From the NCBI RefSeq assembly GCF_009914755.1, contig NC_060926.1: DNA of 64,000 bases; one strand, written 5' to 3'. The stretch is from the human T2T-CHM13v2.0 reference genome, Homo sapiens. The position numbers and the translations under genes are program-made. The notes under the pieces are model-generated. The model ran no database searches. It was not told the origin of the DNA and was given only the letters and a program-made list of their open reading frames with translations. This document shows positions 13,799 to 26,934 of the stretch, in pieces; positions within the stretch are counted from its first letter, which is position 1, and the number at the start of each line of letters is the position of its first letter.

Positions 13799-14891
13799 TC
13801 AATTATTTGTTACGTGCCAGGTGTTCGATAGAACACTTTTTACATATGTCATAGTTTCTTGATTTTAAGATGTCATCAATTATAATACACACCATAAATT
13901 ATTGAGGACAAAAATGAAACATGTTATAAAATCTATAGTCTATTTTAATAACTGTCATGACCATGCATTTAACCATCTCTAATTTGTCAGAAACCAATTT
14001 ATTCTTTAGTTTTTTAGTGAAGTTTGATTCAAATCTTTTCACAATAAAGGTAAAGATTCATTTGAATCACCTGTGGCTATTGGAAAACATTCACAGATTA
14101 CTGACCACGGTGGTATACTGCTTTTCATAATTCATGCTATGACATGCTTTTCAACAACTGATAGACCAATGTCAAAGTATGTTGAGAAGCAACAGGGATT
14201 TGTTTGCATTTCCTGTTTGGTTAATCTTGGCATTTTGTTTCTAACCAGATTGAATTTCTTTAGGTAACATATTTTAATCAGTTTATTGAGATATAACTTA
14301 CATATTGTAGCCATCTAAGTATGCACAACTCAAAGCATTTTGAAAGATGCATATGCAAAAGATAATGTTGCTACTATTGAAAGACAGAATATTTCATCGC
14401 CTTAAAAGTTTCTGTGTACACACTTTTAGTCCCTCAACTCCAGGAAACCACCAGTCTACTTTTTGACCCTGAGTTATCCAGAATTTTTGTATCTAGCTTC
14501 TTTTACCTCACATAATTATTTTGAGATTCATTTATATTGGTATATTCATTTCATTTATTTTTTACTGAGTTGTATTTCACTGATTGGAAACATATTATCT
14601 GGTCACCTGTTGATGCACATTAGGTTTGTTTCCAGGATTTTTGCTATTTTGAACAAAGCTACTATTAATATTTACATACAAGTCTTTGTGTTTTCATTTC
14701 CCTTGAGTAGATATCTAGAAATGGAATGACAAAGTCATGTGTTTAGTGTAAGTTAAACTTCATAAGAAACTGTCAGACAGGTTGCTCAAATTGTTGAAAC
14801 ATTTAATATGCCCCCCAGCAGTGTATGGAAAACCCAAGATGTCTTATTTATTGATTTCTAACTTAATTCCATTGTTGTCAGTGAACATACT

Positions 14892-15405
14892 TTTGATAAC
14901 TAATATTGAGTATCAACTTGATTGAAAGATGCAAAGTATTGTTCCTACGTGTGTCTGCGAGGGTGTTGCCAAAGGGGATTGACATCTGAGCCAGTGGACT
15001 GGCAAAGGCAGACCCACCCTCAATCTGGGTGGGCACCACCTAATCAGCTGCCAGCTCTCCCAGAATAAAAAGCAGGCAGAAGAACATGGAAAGACTAGAC
15101 TGGCTGAGTCTTCTGACCTCCATCTTTCTCTTGTGCTGAACGTTTCCTGCCCTCGAACATTGGACTCCAAGTTCTTCAGCTTTGGGACCCTTGGACCTTT
15201 GATCACAGACTGAAGGCTGCACTGTCGGCTTCCCTACTTTTGAGGTTTTGGGACTCGGACTGGCTACCTTGCTCCTCAGCTTGCAGACGGCCTATTGTGG
15301 GACCTCACCTTGTGGTCGTGTGTGTCAATAATCCTTAATAAACTCCCCTTTACATATACATCTATCCTATTAGTTCTGTCTCACTAGAGAACCCTGACTA
15401 ATACA
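14892..15405 (+). mobile_element. MLT2A1 (HERV-L) solo LTR
   Basis: gcagacccaccctcaatctgggtgggcacc...gactgaaggctgcactgtcggcttccctacttttgaggttttgggactcggactgg...gagaaccctgactaataca; TSD atact/acact. Confidence 0.9.
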
Positions 15406-15784
15406 ACACTCTTTATTATATCAATTTTTTCAATTTACTGACATTTGTTTTATAGCCCAGAATATGGGCTGTCTTGGTGCGAGTACCACATGCTCTTGAA
15501 AAGATGGTAGATTATGCAATTATTGGTAGTTTCTATGAATATCAATGCGGTCAAGATGGTCAATAGTATTATTCAAATCATCTATGTCTTTACTGAATTT
15601 CTTTCAGGTTGTTTTTCCAATTGCTGAGAGAGCTATAAAAATCCACTATGTGAAATCAACTATTCCTCCCTTTAATTCTATTTTTTGCTTCATATATTTT
15701 GAGGGTCTGCTGTCAGTGACAAACACACTTATGGTTTTATGTGTTTGTGATGAATTTTCATTTGACTAAATCATTATGTCATGT

Positions 15785-16156
15785 TGTCTAGTCAGTTTAG
15801 CCTGCGATAACAAAATACCAGAGGCTGTGTGGTTTACACAATGGAAATTTATTTCTCACAGTTCTGGAGGCTGGGAAGTCCAAGATCAAGAGCCAGCAGA
15901 CCCTGTGTCTGCTGAGCGGCCACTTCCTGATTTGCAAATGGCCTTCTTTTCCTTGTATCCTCACGTGGCAGAGAGGAAAGAGAGATAAAGCTCTCATCTC
16001 CTCCTATAAGAGCATTAATCCCATTCATGAGGGCTCACTTCACCCTTATAACCTAATTACCTCCTAAAGACCCCACCCCCTAATACCATCAGATTAGACA
16101 TTAGGTTATCAACGTCTAATTTTGGAGTGGAGGGCACAAACATTCAGTTTATAGCA
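15785..16156 (-). mobile_element. MLT1A-type MaLR LTR
   Basis: ataacaaaataccag..atttatttctcacagttctggaggctgggaagtccaagatcaag...aacattcagtttatagca. Confidence 0.85.
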
Positions 16157-16292
16157 CATGCCCATGTTTACAGTATACTTTTCCTTGTCATCTAGTTTAT
16201 CTAATATCACTATAGCCACTCTAATTTTCTCATTTCACTCTATTATGTGCATGGTACCTTTCCCATCCATTTACTTTCCATCCATATGTGTA

Positions 16293-16893
16293 TAGTTATG
16301 CATCACTTAACAACGGGAATATGCTCAGAGAAATGCTTTATTAGGCAATTTAGTCCTTGTGCAAACATCATAGAGTGTACTTACACAAACCCACACACTC
16401 ATTAGCCCAGGCTTACATGGGGTCAGGACCATCAATATCACTGCCTTTCATCTCCATATTTTGCCCCACTGGAAAGTTTTCAGGGGCAATCACACACATG
16501 GAGCTGTCACCTCTATGATAACAATGTCTTCTTCTGGAATGCTTACTGAAGGACCTGCCTGAGGCTGTTTTATCATTAACTTATTTTTTTGGTAGGTAAA
16601 ACACAAGTTTAAAATTGTAAATACATAAACCAGTAACATAATTTCTAGTTATCATTAGAAAGTATTATGTACTGTATATAATTGTTTGTGCTAGATTTTT
16701 ATATAACTGGCAGTGCAGTAGGTTTATTTACACCAGCATCACCACAAACACACAATAATGCATTCCACTCCCATATTACAATGGCTACAACATCACTAGG
16801 CAATAGAAAATCTTCGGCTCCATTAGTCTAATGGGACCACCATTGTATATGTGGTCCATCCTTGACTGAAATGTATTATGTATCACATGACTG
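16293..16893. mobile_element. Tigger3 (Golem) internally deleted DNA transposon
   Basis: TIR-like ends tagttatgcatcacttaac / cacatgactg flanked by TA; internal atcatagagtgtacttacacaaacc and ggggtcaggaccatcaatatcactg. Confidence 0.85.
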
Positions 16894-19199
16894 TATTTAT
16901 ATTTGTATAGCATATATTGGGGTCTTGCCTTTTTATTCACTCTAATAATCTGTTTTTAATTGGAGTGTTTATTCCATTAGCATTTCATGTAATTATTTAC
17001 ATGGTTGGATGTTGGTCTACTATCTTATTTACTATTCTATTAATTATATTGTTTGTCCTCACTGCTTTTTGCTCCTCTGTTTTGCTTCCCTGCTTTCTTT
17101 TTATTAGTAAAATTTTGAGCAATTACATTTTACTGTATCTCTTGGCATTTTAGCTGCACCTCATTGTATTTTTAGTAGTGATATATGGATTGAAATATGC
17201 ATGTCTATCCTTTCACAATCTGCTTAGATTTTATATTGTGCTAATTCACATAAAATGTGGAAACTTTGCAGCCAAAAAGGTCCAATTAGTCTTTCTCAAC
17301 CATGCCATATGCTAAAGTTTTCATATGCATTATATCTCATTTTTTTGTAAAACCTACACAGCAATGCTGTGATTTTGCTTTAAACACTGATTTTTTAAAC
17401 AAGTTTAATTTTAAAAAGTCTTTAATATTTATTCATGTATTGAGTATTTCTGACATACTTTTGTCATGAATGAGTTTTACCCTGATATTTGCCTTCAGCT
17501 TGAAGAACTACCTTAGCATTTCTTGTAGTGCAGCTCTGCTGGCAACAAATTGTATTGTTGTTTTTAACTGAAAATATCTTTATTTGTCTTTATTCATTTG
17601 CAAGATACAGAACTCTTGGTTGAAAGTTTGTGTTTGTTTAGTTTCTGCCAACACTTTACAGATATTTTTTCAATGCTTCTGACTTCTATAGTGATGAAAA
17701 ATACTTGGTAATTTCAAATTGTTTCTCCTCTTTATTTAATATGTAGTTTTTCATATTATTCCAAAATTTTTGACCTTCATCATTTCTGACAAGAACCCTT
17801 GGTAATTAAAATTGTTGCTCTTCTCCATGTAACATGAACTATTTCTTTGATTGCTTTAAAGTCATTCTCTTTATCTTTGATTTTCAGTTGTTTGGTGCTG
17901 ATGTTCTTACCCATGCTTTTCTTCATATTTGTCCTCTTTTCAACATATTGAGTTTCTTGAAATTAGGAAAATTTTTGGCCATTATTTTTTCAAATATTTT
18001 CCTGTCCCATTCTGTCTCTTCTCTCTTTCTGAGACCACAACCACGTATATGTTAAACATTTTAATATTGTACCACTGGTTCCTGAGGCGCTCTCTTTCTC
18101 TCTCTCTCTCTCTCTCTTCCAATGTTTAGTCTATCTCTAGTTCAGATTGGATAATTCCTACTGATCCATCTTCAAATTCATTGACTATTCTCTGCAATTA
18201 CAATTCTGCAATTACACCCATCCCTCTTTTCAAAATATTTCAGATATTATTTCTTTGGATTCTAAGATTTAATTTTGGTTATTTTTCATATCTTCTATTT
18301 CTATTCTAAGATATCCTATATTTTCACTTAAAATTAACTTTCTTCCTTAATTTCATTGAGCACATTTAGAGTTACTATTTTAAAGTGCTTGACTGCTAGT
18401 TTCAGCATTTGTATAATCTCAAGATTTCGCCTCTGTTAACTGTCCTTTCCCTAGAGACTGATCACATTTTTCCGATTCTTCTTAAGTCTGGCAATATTAG
18501 ATTGCATCCTGAGTATGGAGAATGTTTTGTCAGTGACATCGTGGATTTATTACTTTCCTCTGGAGAATGTGATGTCTTTGTTTTAGCTGACAATTTAGTT
18601 GGCTAGACTCAAACTGCGGTCTTGTCTCACACGTGGTGAGCAGCGGCTCAAATCACAGTTTGTTTCTTTATCTTTTAATGGAATTAATTTCAGTTTGTTT
18701 AGGGGTCAGCTAGATTCTTAGAATTTGCATGCAGAAACTAGGGCTTTCCTTCTCTTACTTTCTCCCTTCTGGGATTCTCCTCACCTTCTGCTGGTTATGG
18801 TTACCCTGGACTCCCTTGTTTTATTCCTCAGACCAGAAAGTCAGTGAGTTTTCCATTGGAGCTTGAGTCATCCCATGCCATGCTGGAATGCAATAACCCT
18901 CTGGCAAAATCTGCAAAAACACAGAACTCAAATCATGTTTTCCCACATTCATCATGTCAATTCCGCTCCAAAATCATTCTGCCTTTGATTTCTATTCGGA
19001 GTCTTGTGGAAGTTGTTCTGTACATTTTCCTCATACATGTTGATCTGCTAGAAGCTTACCCCACCGTATCAGAAGTGGAACCTTTTTAGCTGAAAATTGT
19101 ATACTGGGCGTTACATAGTTTCTAGTGGAAGTCAATGCGAGAACAACCTGTTAAAGTTGGCCTTGAATTGTCAGTGAAAAGACAAAGAAGAGAATAGTT

Positions 19200-19800
19200 T
19201 TAATAGGAAGAGACCAGAGAGACCAGAGACCAGAGCTGGTAAGACAAGCTGGGAGGCTTTCACAGAAGTTATGTCGTGAGAAGATAAGTGCTTGAGACTG
19301 ATGAGAGGAGGCAGATTTTAAAGATATTTAAGAAGTAAAATTGACAGAGCTCGATGTGCTAGCGTTTGGCGAGTGAAAGAGAGGGATATATGAGAATGGG
19401 TCTCAGTGTTTTGTTTGGATGAGTGACGACATAGATTGATATGAAAGAAGCAGGAACAGCATTTTGTCAAGGGAAGAAAGTGGGTAGAAGGAGTCCAGTT
19501 TTGGAAATTCTGAGTTTGAGAAGCTTGTGGACAACCAAAATGAATATGATTATTATATGCAATTTGATGTATGGGTTTGGGTTTGGACCTTTAGCAAGGA
19601 AATCAAGATTCAAGCGTGTTTGGCATATGTGTGGCAGTGAAGCTCTGGAAGTCAGTGGTCCTTTTTTCTTGTGGGCAGAGGCAGCTGATGGAGCCTTGTG
19701 GGGAAAAAGTTGAAGGGACCTCATGGTGAGCTTCATCTGGTTGAGCAGAGGGCAGCCTGGATTGATTGGCCAGGGTGCTTGAGAGTTGGTAGGCCAAATA
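19200..19800 (-). mobile_element. L2 fragment
   Basis: Purine-rich degenerate L2 motifs (gatattt-agaagtaaaattgacagagct, ggagtccagttttgga..tgagtttgag). Confidence 0.5.
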
Positions 19801-21477
19801 ATGAACCTGTTTCAGCAATTCAAGCATGATGGCCTCTGAGATAAATAAAGAGGGTGGAAGGATGGCTAGAGAGTGAGACTTTCTGGACATTTAAAGCCAA
19901 CTGAATGTGTTAAATACTTGCATATCTTCTTAATGCGTGTTATTCTGGTCCTGAATGAAAAGCAAACAAAAAACAAGGTTTCCCACAAATGTCTCACCTC
20001 TCACCTGCAGCCAGTCCCCCATCCTGCATGCAGCATTTCTGATCTGGTGGCAGAGAAGGAGTTCATGGTCCCATCATGTTGATAGAGATCAAGGCTGGAT
20101 AGAACAATGATTAAACTCATGGTGCGACTATGAATTTCAAAGCAAAGGCTTAGGGAAACACAGTAAACCTCCAGTGATCACGTTCTGCCCTAGAAAGTCT
20201 TAAATTATTTACTCTTTTTATCACTTGCAAGTTCTTTTCTCTGCTATCCCACTGGACTATTTCTCTCCTCTGAGTCCTTTAGAGCCTTGCTTTCATCACT
20301 TGTAACATTTAAAGTAATCCCTTAGACTTTGGACCTGTCAGTTATTTACAGGCAAATGGCAGAGCTGCCATGTGAAGACTGCAGATACAGAATGCTTCCA
20401 GACTCCTTTCTATTTTGCATTATTTATGTCACAATGAGCCTAGCTTTTCCTGAAATCCTCCCTCCTCACTCTCTTTTTATAGTCTCTGGAGCTCCGAAAC
20501 TGAGTTCTGGAGGCAAGAATAGTTCTTATCAGAAGGCAAAAAGAAAAACAACTTCTTTGTAAGGAATAGGGCTATTTTTATTCATAGGCAAGTCCAAATA
20601 ATGCGTTTCGGTTTTGTCTATGATATCCCATGACACAGTGAGCTGAAAACGTTTTTGTAAAATTCAAGACAGTTTGAGTGCATCCATACTTTGAAATAGG
20701 AGACATAGACTGTATTACCTGTAAAGTTGGCTTCTGTTGGATAATCGGACTCAGATTTAACTTACGGTATGTACACATGTATGTATGGATGCATGTTTGT
20801 ATTATTAAACATGTATAATGCATACTAGGTGGCCAAGCCATCTTTTAAGTGATTTACAAATATTTACTTGTTTAATCCTTGTAGTAACTCCATGAGATTG
20901 ATCTGTTTATAGTTCCATTTTATATATGAGCCTGCAGAGGCACAAAATTTTGAGGGACCAAGGGCATGATAAAGTAAATAGCTTCCTCAATGTTATGCAA
21001 TCACAGGGGATGGGGCAGCATTTCAGTCCAGGTTTGGCTCTGAAGTCAGTGTTTTTAACTAGTGTGCTTCACTGCTTCTCTTAATTCTGAACCACCCCAT
21101 CCTCACTACAAAAATGGAAAATTTCAACAATTGAATTCCAAGATGTTTTTCCCTATTTAAGGTTTATTATAGTGTCAGTCTCTTGAAAACCTTTGAAAAC
21201 ATCATGAAACCTTGATCACTTGTTTACCTAACAAATGAATGTTCTCATAGTTCAAATATTTTTAAATTAATAATATTCTGTTCATGCATTAGCGATTACG
21301 AAAACACACTGGTCTAATAGAAATGCCAATTATGTGTGAAATATAATGCAGAAACCTGGCCTTACACTTTTAGGCTTCCATTAAAAATTCCATATGCACA
21401 GAAAAGCATTTTCTTCCAGTGTACATGATGGTCAGTGGCGATTTCGAGTGTTTTTTTCTCCCCAGTACCTAGGATCG

Positions 21478-21960
21478 TGTGGCAGATTAAAGAAAGCCAC
21501 ACATTCTTTGACACTCTTCCCAGTAAGAGAAGGAGTCCATGTTCTTTCCCTTGAGTTTGGGTGGGTTCTGTAACTGCCTTGATCGATACAACTTGGAATA
21601 GTGACACTAAATCAGTCTCTGTGTCAAGGCTGTAAGAACCTGGAAGCTTCTACATCCTATATTGATATACTCACTAGAAGAATCCAGATGTGATGCAGGC
21701 ACCAGATCCAGGTGGTGGAAGATCATTCAGAGAGGAACCATAGCTCCCAGCCCAGAGCCCTGGTTGAGCTTCCATCAGATCCATCATCAGCACTGACTTG
21801 CCAGCCACATCACTGAGCTGTCCCAGTTAATGCTGTGTGAGATGGATAAGCCATTCCCAATGGGCCTTACATATATGTCATCTTCAGCAAAACAAATTAT
21901 TTTTGTTTTAAGATGCTAATTTTTGGGGGGTAATTTTTAATGTAGCAGTAGGCAAAACAG
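21478..21960 (+). mobile_element. MLT1F/G/H-type MaLR LTR
   Basis: tgtggcagattaaag..gccacacattctttgacactcttccc..; 3' end ttgttttaag..ctaatttttgggggg..tgtagcagtag. Confidence 0.7.
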
Positions 21961-22024
21961 GCAGAGTGTAGGTAAGTTGCAAGGGCTACATTAATGTAAG
22001 TGTGTCAGTTATAAATACTATAGG

Positions 22025-22387
22025 CAGGGTACCATCCAGGTTTTGTGGGGCCTGAAGCTTATACAGTTAGGGGGAAGCATATTTAAAATTAATTCAAGAA
22101 TTATGAAAAAAAATTAATTTTTTGAGTAAATATTTATTTAGAATGAGAAAATAAATTACAAAAAGATACCAAAAACTTAGAGATTCCAGTCCTTTTCTTC
22201 TGAGATTCCTTTAGTCAATTTGCTAGAAAGGCTACTGCTGGCCATGCTTCCTGACAGCCACTGAACATTGCTCCCCTATCTAGAGCATTCTATAACTCCC
22301 AGCAATTTCCACTACTCAGAGAAGCGTCATGCAGGTGGGGGCCCTGAGAGGCAGGTGGAGGTTAGCTTCTTGGTGAACCTGCCTTTG
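22025..22387. mobile_element. hAT-Tip100 MITE (MER115/Zaphod-like)
   Basis: atccaggttttgtggggcctgaagcttataca... ending ggggccctga..ttagcttc..ggtgaacctgcc. Confidence 0.55.
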
Positions 22388-22431
22388 AACATGAGCAACC
22401 TCTACATTCTGCTTCCTCAGTGACTGATGCC

Positions 22432-22765
22432 TGTTACAGGCAGAATGTTCGTGTCTCACCAAAATTCCTCTGTTGAAGCCTTATCCCCCAATGTGATGAT
22501 ATTTGGAGATGGGGCTTTCGCAGGGCAATTAGGTTTAGATTAGGTCCTGAGGATAGGGCCTTCATGATGGGATCGATGTCCTTATAAGTGGAACATTAGA
22601 GAAAGTGGCCATCTACAAGCCAGAAGATGGCTCACATTAGGAGCCAAATCTGCTGGCACCTTGATCTTGGACTTCCCAGTCTCCCAGAATTGTGAGAAAT
22701 AAATATCTATTGTTTAAGCCACCGATTTTATGTTTTAAAAATAGTAACCTGAGCATTCTAAGACA
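22432..22765 (+). mobile_element. MLT1A/MSTD-type MaLR LTR
   Basis: ccaaaattc..tgttgaagccttatcccccaatgtgatg...tgctggcaccttgatcttggacttcccag...gagaaataaat..tgtttaagccacc. Confidence 0.8.
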
Positions 22766-23163
22766 ACACTCACCAAGATGAGGTAAAAATGATCATAAGA
22801 AACAGGTTATACAATACAAAAGCATATTTATTTTATCAAGGTAGGAGAGAGAAGAAGAAGAACAGGAAGAGGAGAGGAAGTGGAGAAGGAGCAGAAGGGG
22901 GAAGAGGAAGAAAATGAGCAGGGAGAGAATATTCTATCTGACAAGAAAAGCATTCTCATATAGTATCTGTCGGGTGTATAACTTAGCACAAACTTAATGA
23001 AAGTCAATAAGGCAAAATGTACCAAATGTTTACAAATATATAGGCACTTATAATGCAGAACATTTAAATTAAAATTCTCAAGCAAAATCTGCATGTAAGA
23101 TATGGTTATTGTCTTGGGGTCCATCTACCAACCCTGATCAAGATATACATTTTAGTTTAGTTT

Positions 23164-23538
23164 TGTCTTAGTCCAGGCTGCTGTAACAAAAACCATAAAC
23201 TGGGTGGCTTATAAATAACAGGCATTTATTTTTCACAGTTTTAGAGGCCGAAAGTCTGAGATCAGGGTGCCAGCATGGGCAGCTTCTGGTGGGGGCTCTC
23301 TTCCTGGATTGCAGATGAACATTCACCAGGTCCTCACAAGGCTGAGAGAGACAACAGGGTCTCTCTCACTCTTCCTCTTCTTATAGGGCCACAATCCTAT
23401 GGGATAAGGACCTTACCCTTGTGGCCTCGTTTAACTTTAATTAACTCCTTAAAAGCCCTATCTTCAAATACAGTCATATAGGGGGTTAGGGCTTCCATAT
23501 ATGAATTTTTGAGGAACACAAACATTCTGTTCATAGCA
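23164..23538 (-). mobile_element. MLT1A0-type MaLR LTR
   Basis: tgtcttagtccaggctgctgtaacaaaaaccataaactgggtggctta...aacattctgttcatagca. Confidence 0.85.
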
Positions 23539-24174
23539 AGTTTAGTTCGATTACTTTTTAAAGTTCTTTCACTGTGTCCTGCATCTCGCTTGGCTCTGGA
23601 GATGCAAACGTGACTCAAACTGAACCGTCTTTCTCTTTCATGTGGCAGTTTGAGCATGTCCTCCTGAAATACACATGAACATATATACTTCTGCTGATGT
23701 GATCTAGCCCTCTCCCCTACTCTGACACTCATACACAAATTTAACTCCACTAACAAAGAGAACCCATATAATTATATTAGCAGAGTGTTGTAGGTAAACA
23801 GAAGGGATTATCCACATCACACAGCAAAACTGTCCAACCATCTCCCTTAAACTTTCGCTCTTACCAACCATTCTGGCCACCCTCCCTCATCCTAATATGC
23901 TTTCTCCTTCTCCTCCTGTCTCTCGCTTGCTCTTTCTTTTTTTGTAGTCCTATTCAATTTTTCCATGTACTTTCTCTTTGACTAGACTCTCATTGTCAGC
24001 TCTGCATACAACTTTTCAGCTAACATTCTGAGTTGATTTTCTACTTTTGTAGAACTCATTTGCATTTGATCTACCACCTTGATCAGCAAAACAAAGGCTT
24101 CTTGTGCATGTGTGTGCATGTACATGTGTGAGAGAGAGAGGATCAGAGAGAGAGAAAAAGAGAGAAAGAGAGAC

Positions 24175-24960
24175 CATGTCAGGTTTCTTTTGACTAGTGT
24201 TTGTCTATCGTTTTGTTATCCTTTGACTTTTAATCTATCTGTATTTCTCTACTTAAAATGTTTCCTTTAGACAGCATATAATTAGGTCTTTGCTGTTGTT
24301 GTTTGTGTGTGTGTGTGTGTGCGCGTGCGTGAATTCAATGTAACAAGACCATTGTTATTTAATGTAATTTTTTATATCATTGTGTTAAAACCTAGCATCC
24401 TGCTAACCGTTTCTGTTTGCTTGTCTATTATCTGTTTCTTTTTTCTTCTTTTTCTGCCTACCTTTGAATTCAAATGTTTTATTATTCCATTTTATCTCCA
24501 CTATTGGCTTATTAGTTATATCTCATTTTGAGTTTTTAAGTGATTGCCACATGGTTAACAATATCTACATCTCTAACTTGTCACAGCCTATGTTCAAATA
24601 ATATGGTACTGTTTCATGAACAGTATAAGAATTTTACAACTGTATATTTCTGATTCATCCCTTGCATCTTTTGCACTATTGCTATTATAAGTTTTACATT
24701 TACTACTAGGTAAAAACTATAATTTTTGTTTCAGACAGTAAATTTTTTAATTATTAAAAATAAAGAAATTTTTTAATATTTACCTTATAGCACTTATTTC
24801 TCTCTATAGATCCATGTTTCTTTCTATCAACATAAACTTTTGCCAGAAGAACTTCCTTTTGTTTTTCTTGTAATACTACTGGGAATGTAAGGTTATGTGA
24901 GTCTGAAAAATACTATCTAGATTCTTATATTGTTTTCACTTTTGGAAACATTTATGCTGA
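24175..24960 (-). mobile_element. Degraded L1M fragment
   Basis: ttgttatcctttgacttttaatctatctgtatt, acagcatataattaggtctt, aacagtataagaattttacaactgtatatttc. Confidence 0.55.
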
Positions 24961-24964
24961 CTAT

Positions 24965-25098
24965 AGAAGCCCTCCCCAGAAGCTGATGCTAGTGCCATGC
25001 TTCTTGTACAGCCTGCAGAACTGTGAGCCAAACCTCTTTTTTTATAAATCACCCAGCCTAAGATATTCCTTTATAGCAACACACAAATGGACTAAGGC
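24965..25098 (+). mobile_element. MST-family LTR 3' fragment
   Basis: ccagaagctgatgctagtgccatgcttcttgtacagcctgcagaactgtgagccaaacctc...ttcctttatagcaacacacaaatggactaag. Confidence 0.75.
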
Positions 25099-26106
25099 AG
25101 GTGGGACTGGGGTGCCAGAGTTTTCCTCGAAGCCCCTGCTCTACCTTCAGCTCTCTGATATTCTTGCTTGCCTGTGCCATGGAGGAGGTCACCCTATGCT
25201 CCTGCTCCTGCCCCAAACATACTGGCTGCTCCTTCTTAACCAATCTAGGTTCACGGTGGGTTTGTGGGGACAACTCTGTTATTTTGTGCCCTGTCAGTTT
25301 TACACTGATCCTTATTTCTTGGATTTTGAGGCTTTCTTAACATTCCTGTCTCTCCTCTCTATGGCATTAACACTTTGTCTAGTATCTGTTGTTGCTTTTG
25401 AGCTGGAGCTTCCTCCTGTCCCTTAAAATGATTTGCCTCTTTTCCCCTAGAAAAAAGTCCTCTAGGGTTTTTTTTTTTTCTTTTATCCTTCCTACATTGA
25501 AACTGGTTTTCGCTTGTACCTTGGGAATGATGTACTTTACTGCTCCTCCCCTAAGAGCACTGGGGTCCAGGAAATGGGTAGTGTTTTGTGAGTGGTCTCT
25601 CGTAGCAGTCAAGTACATCCTGCATGTGCATAACTGAAGAGGGTCCCTTCTGGTCTTCTGCTCTGCTCCTGGTCTTTCTGGTGAACAGCTTGGGGAGGCC
25701 ATGGCAAGAAGGTTGGGAGTGAGTGCAAATTCTTCTTATGTCTGGACCTGCAGTTGCTCTGAACTGACACTTGACCTTTAAAAATTTGTTAAATTCTGGT
25801 CGTCGTCTTCTTACTTACTTGAACGGCAGTCACTTGTATCTCCGAGTTCTGTTACAAGAATTTGAGAGTTCTGTTACAAGAATTGAGAGAACAAGAATTT
25901 CATGTTGGAAAGGTGTGCCCTCATTTGGAATTCAGGGTATGTATTTGCCTTGCAACGTCAGTTCTCTGATGGCCTCAAGGAAAGTGACTGATTGTGACCA
26001 AACCAGCTACATGGTGGGAGTTACGCTCTTTAAACTTTTCTTCATCCCAAGTGGAAGCAGAATTCTATTCTTTTAGGAGACTAACAATAATATAAGACTC
26101 TGAAAT

Positions 26107-26190
26107 GAAAGAGAGAGACAGGGCAAGGAAGGAAGGAAAGAAAAAAGGAAGGGAAAGAGGAAGAAAGGAAGGAAGGAAAGAAGGAAGGCG
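26107..26190. repeat. (GGAA)n-like purine-rich repeat
   Basis: aaggaaggaaggaaag repeated. Confidence 0.8.
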
Positions 26191-26934
26191 GGCTGTATAT
26201 AGCACTTTATTATTCTTAATATGCAATGCCCACATCTTACATTACTAACCAAATTTTATTAAGCCCTCACTGAGCCAGGTACTTATTAAGCCAGGTCCTG
26301 CCTATTTTAAGCTTTCATATATGTAATCTCATTTAATTATCATGTCAATCTTATGCATACTAATACTACACTCATTTTACTAATATTTTACTCAGTTATA
26401 ATACTCATTTTCTAAATCCTGAGACTTAGAAAGCTTAATTTGCTCACGATTATACAACTAGGCTTTTTGTCAGTAGTACTAAGCTTGTTCCTTTTTACGT
26501 AAGCTGTCTAAACATGTTTGTGGTATCTATAGATATTATTTCTTTAATTTACAGATGAAGACGCTGAGGTTAAGAAACAAGTGACTGCTATGAGATCATA
26601 AAGAAAATGCATAAGTGGTGGAAACAATTAGAAAATAGGTGTTTTGATTTTAAGTTGCAAGTGCTCTCCATTCCACAAAGATATTGGAAATGGCTTGAAG
26701 GAGGGTCCATGGAGTATCTTCTCTAAATTCTCCACAGCACTTTATACAGCTCCAAATGCATAATGAAACTTAAATAAATCTTACTGAATTAAAAAGAAGG
26801 AAAAAACATGAGAGGAAGTCATCGAGAATGGAGAGAGGGAGAGAAATAGAAATAGAGGGAAGATTATAAAGATGAAAAGGACAAGAAGAACAGTCCATAT
26901 TTATAAAATATTTTAGAAGAAAAATAAAATTTCC

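Larger units (their letters stand above)
14270..19085 (-). mobile_element. Large degraded L1M (L1MC/MD/ME-type) element, interrupted by MLT2A1, MLT1A and Tigger3
   Basis: T-rich antisense L1M motifs throughout (tttattgagatataacttacat, cataagaaactgtcagac, atttgttttatagcccagaatatg, ttagcatttcttgtagtgcag..ctgctggcaacaaat, aggaaaatttttggccattatttt). Confidence 0.7.
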
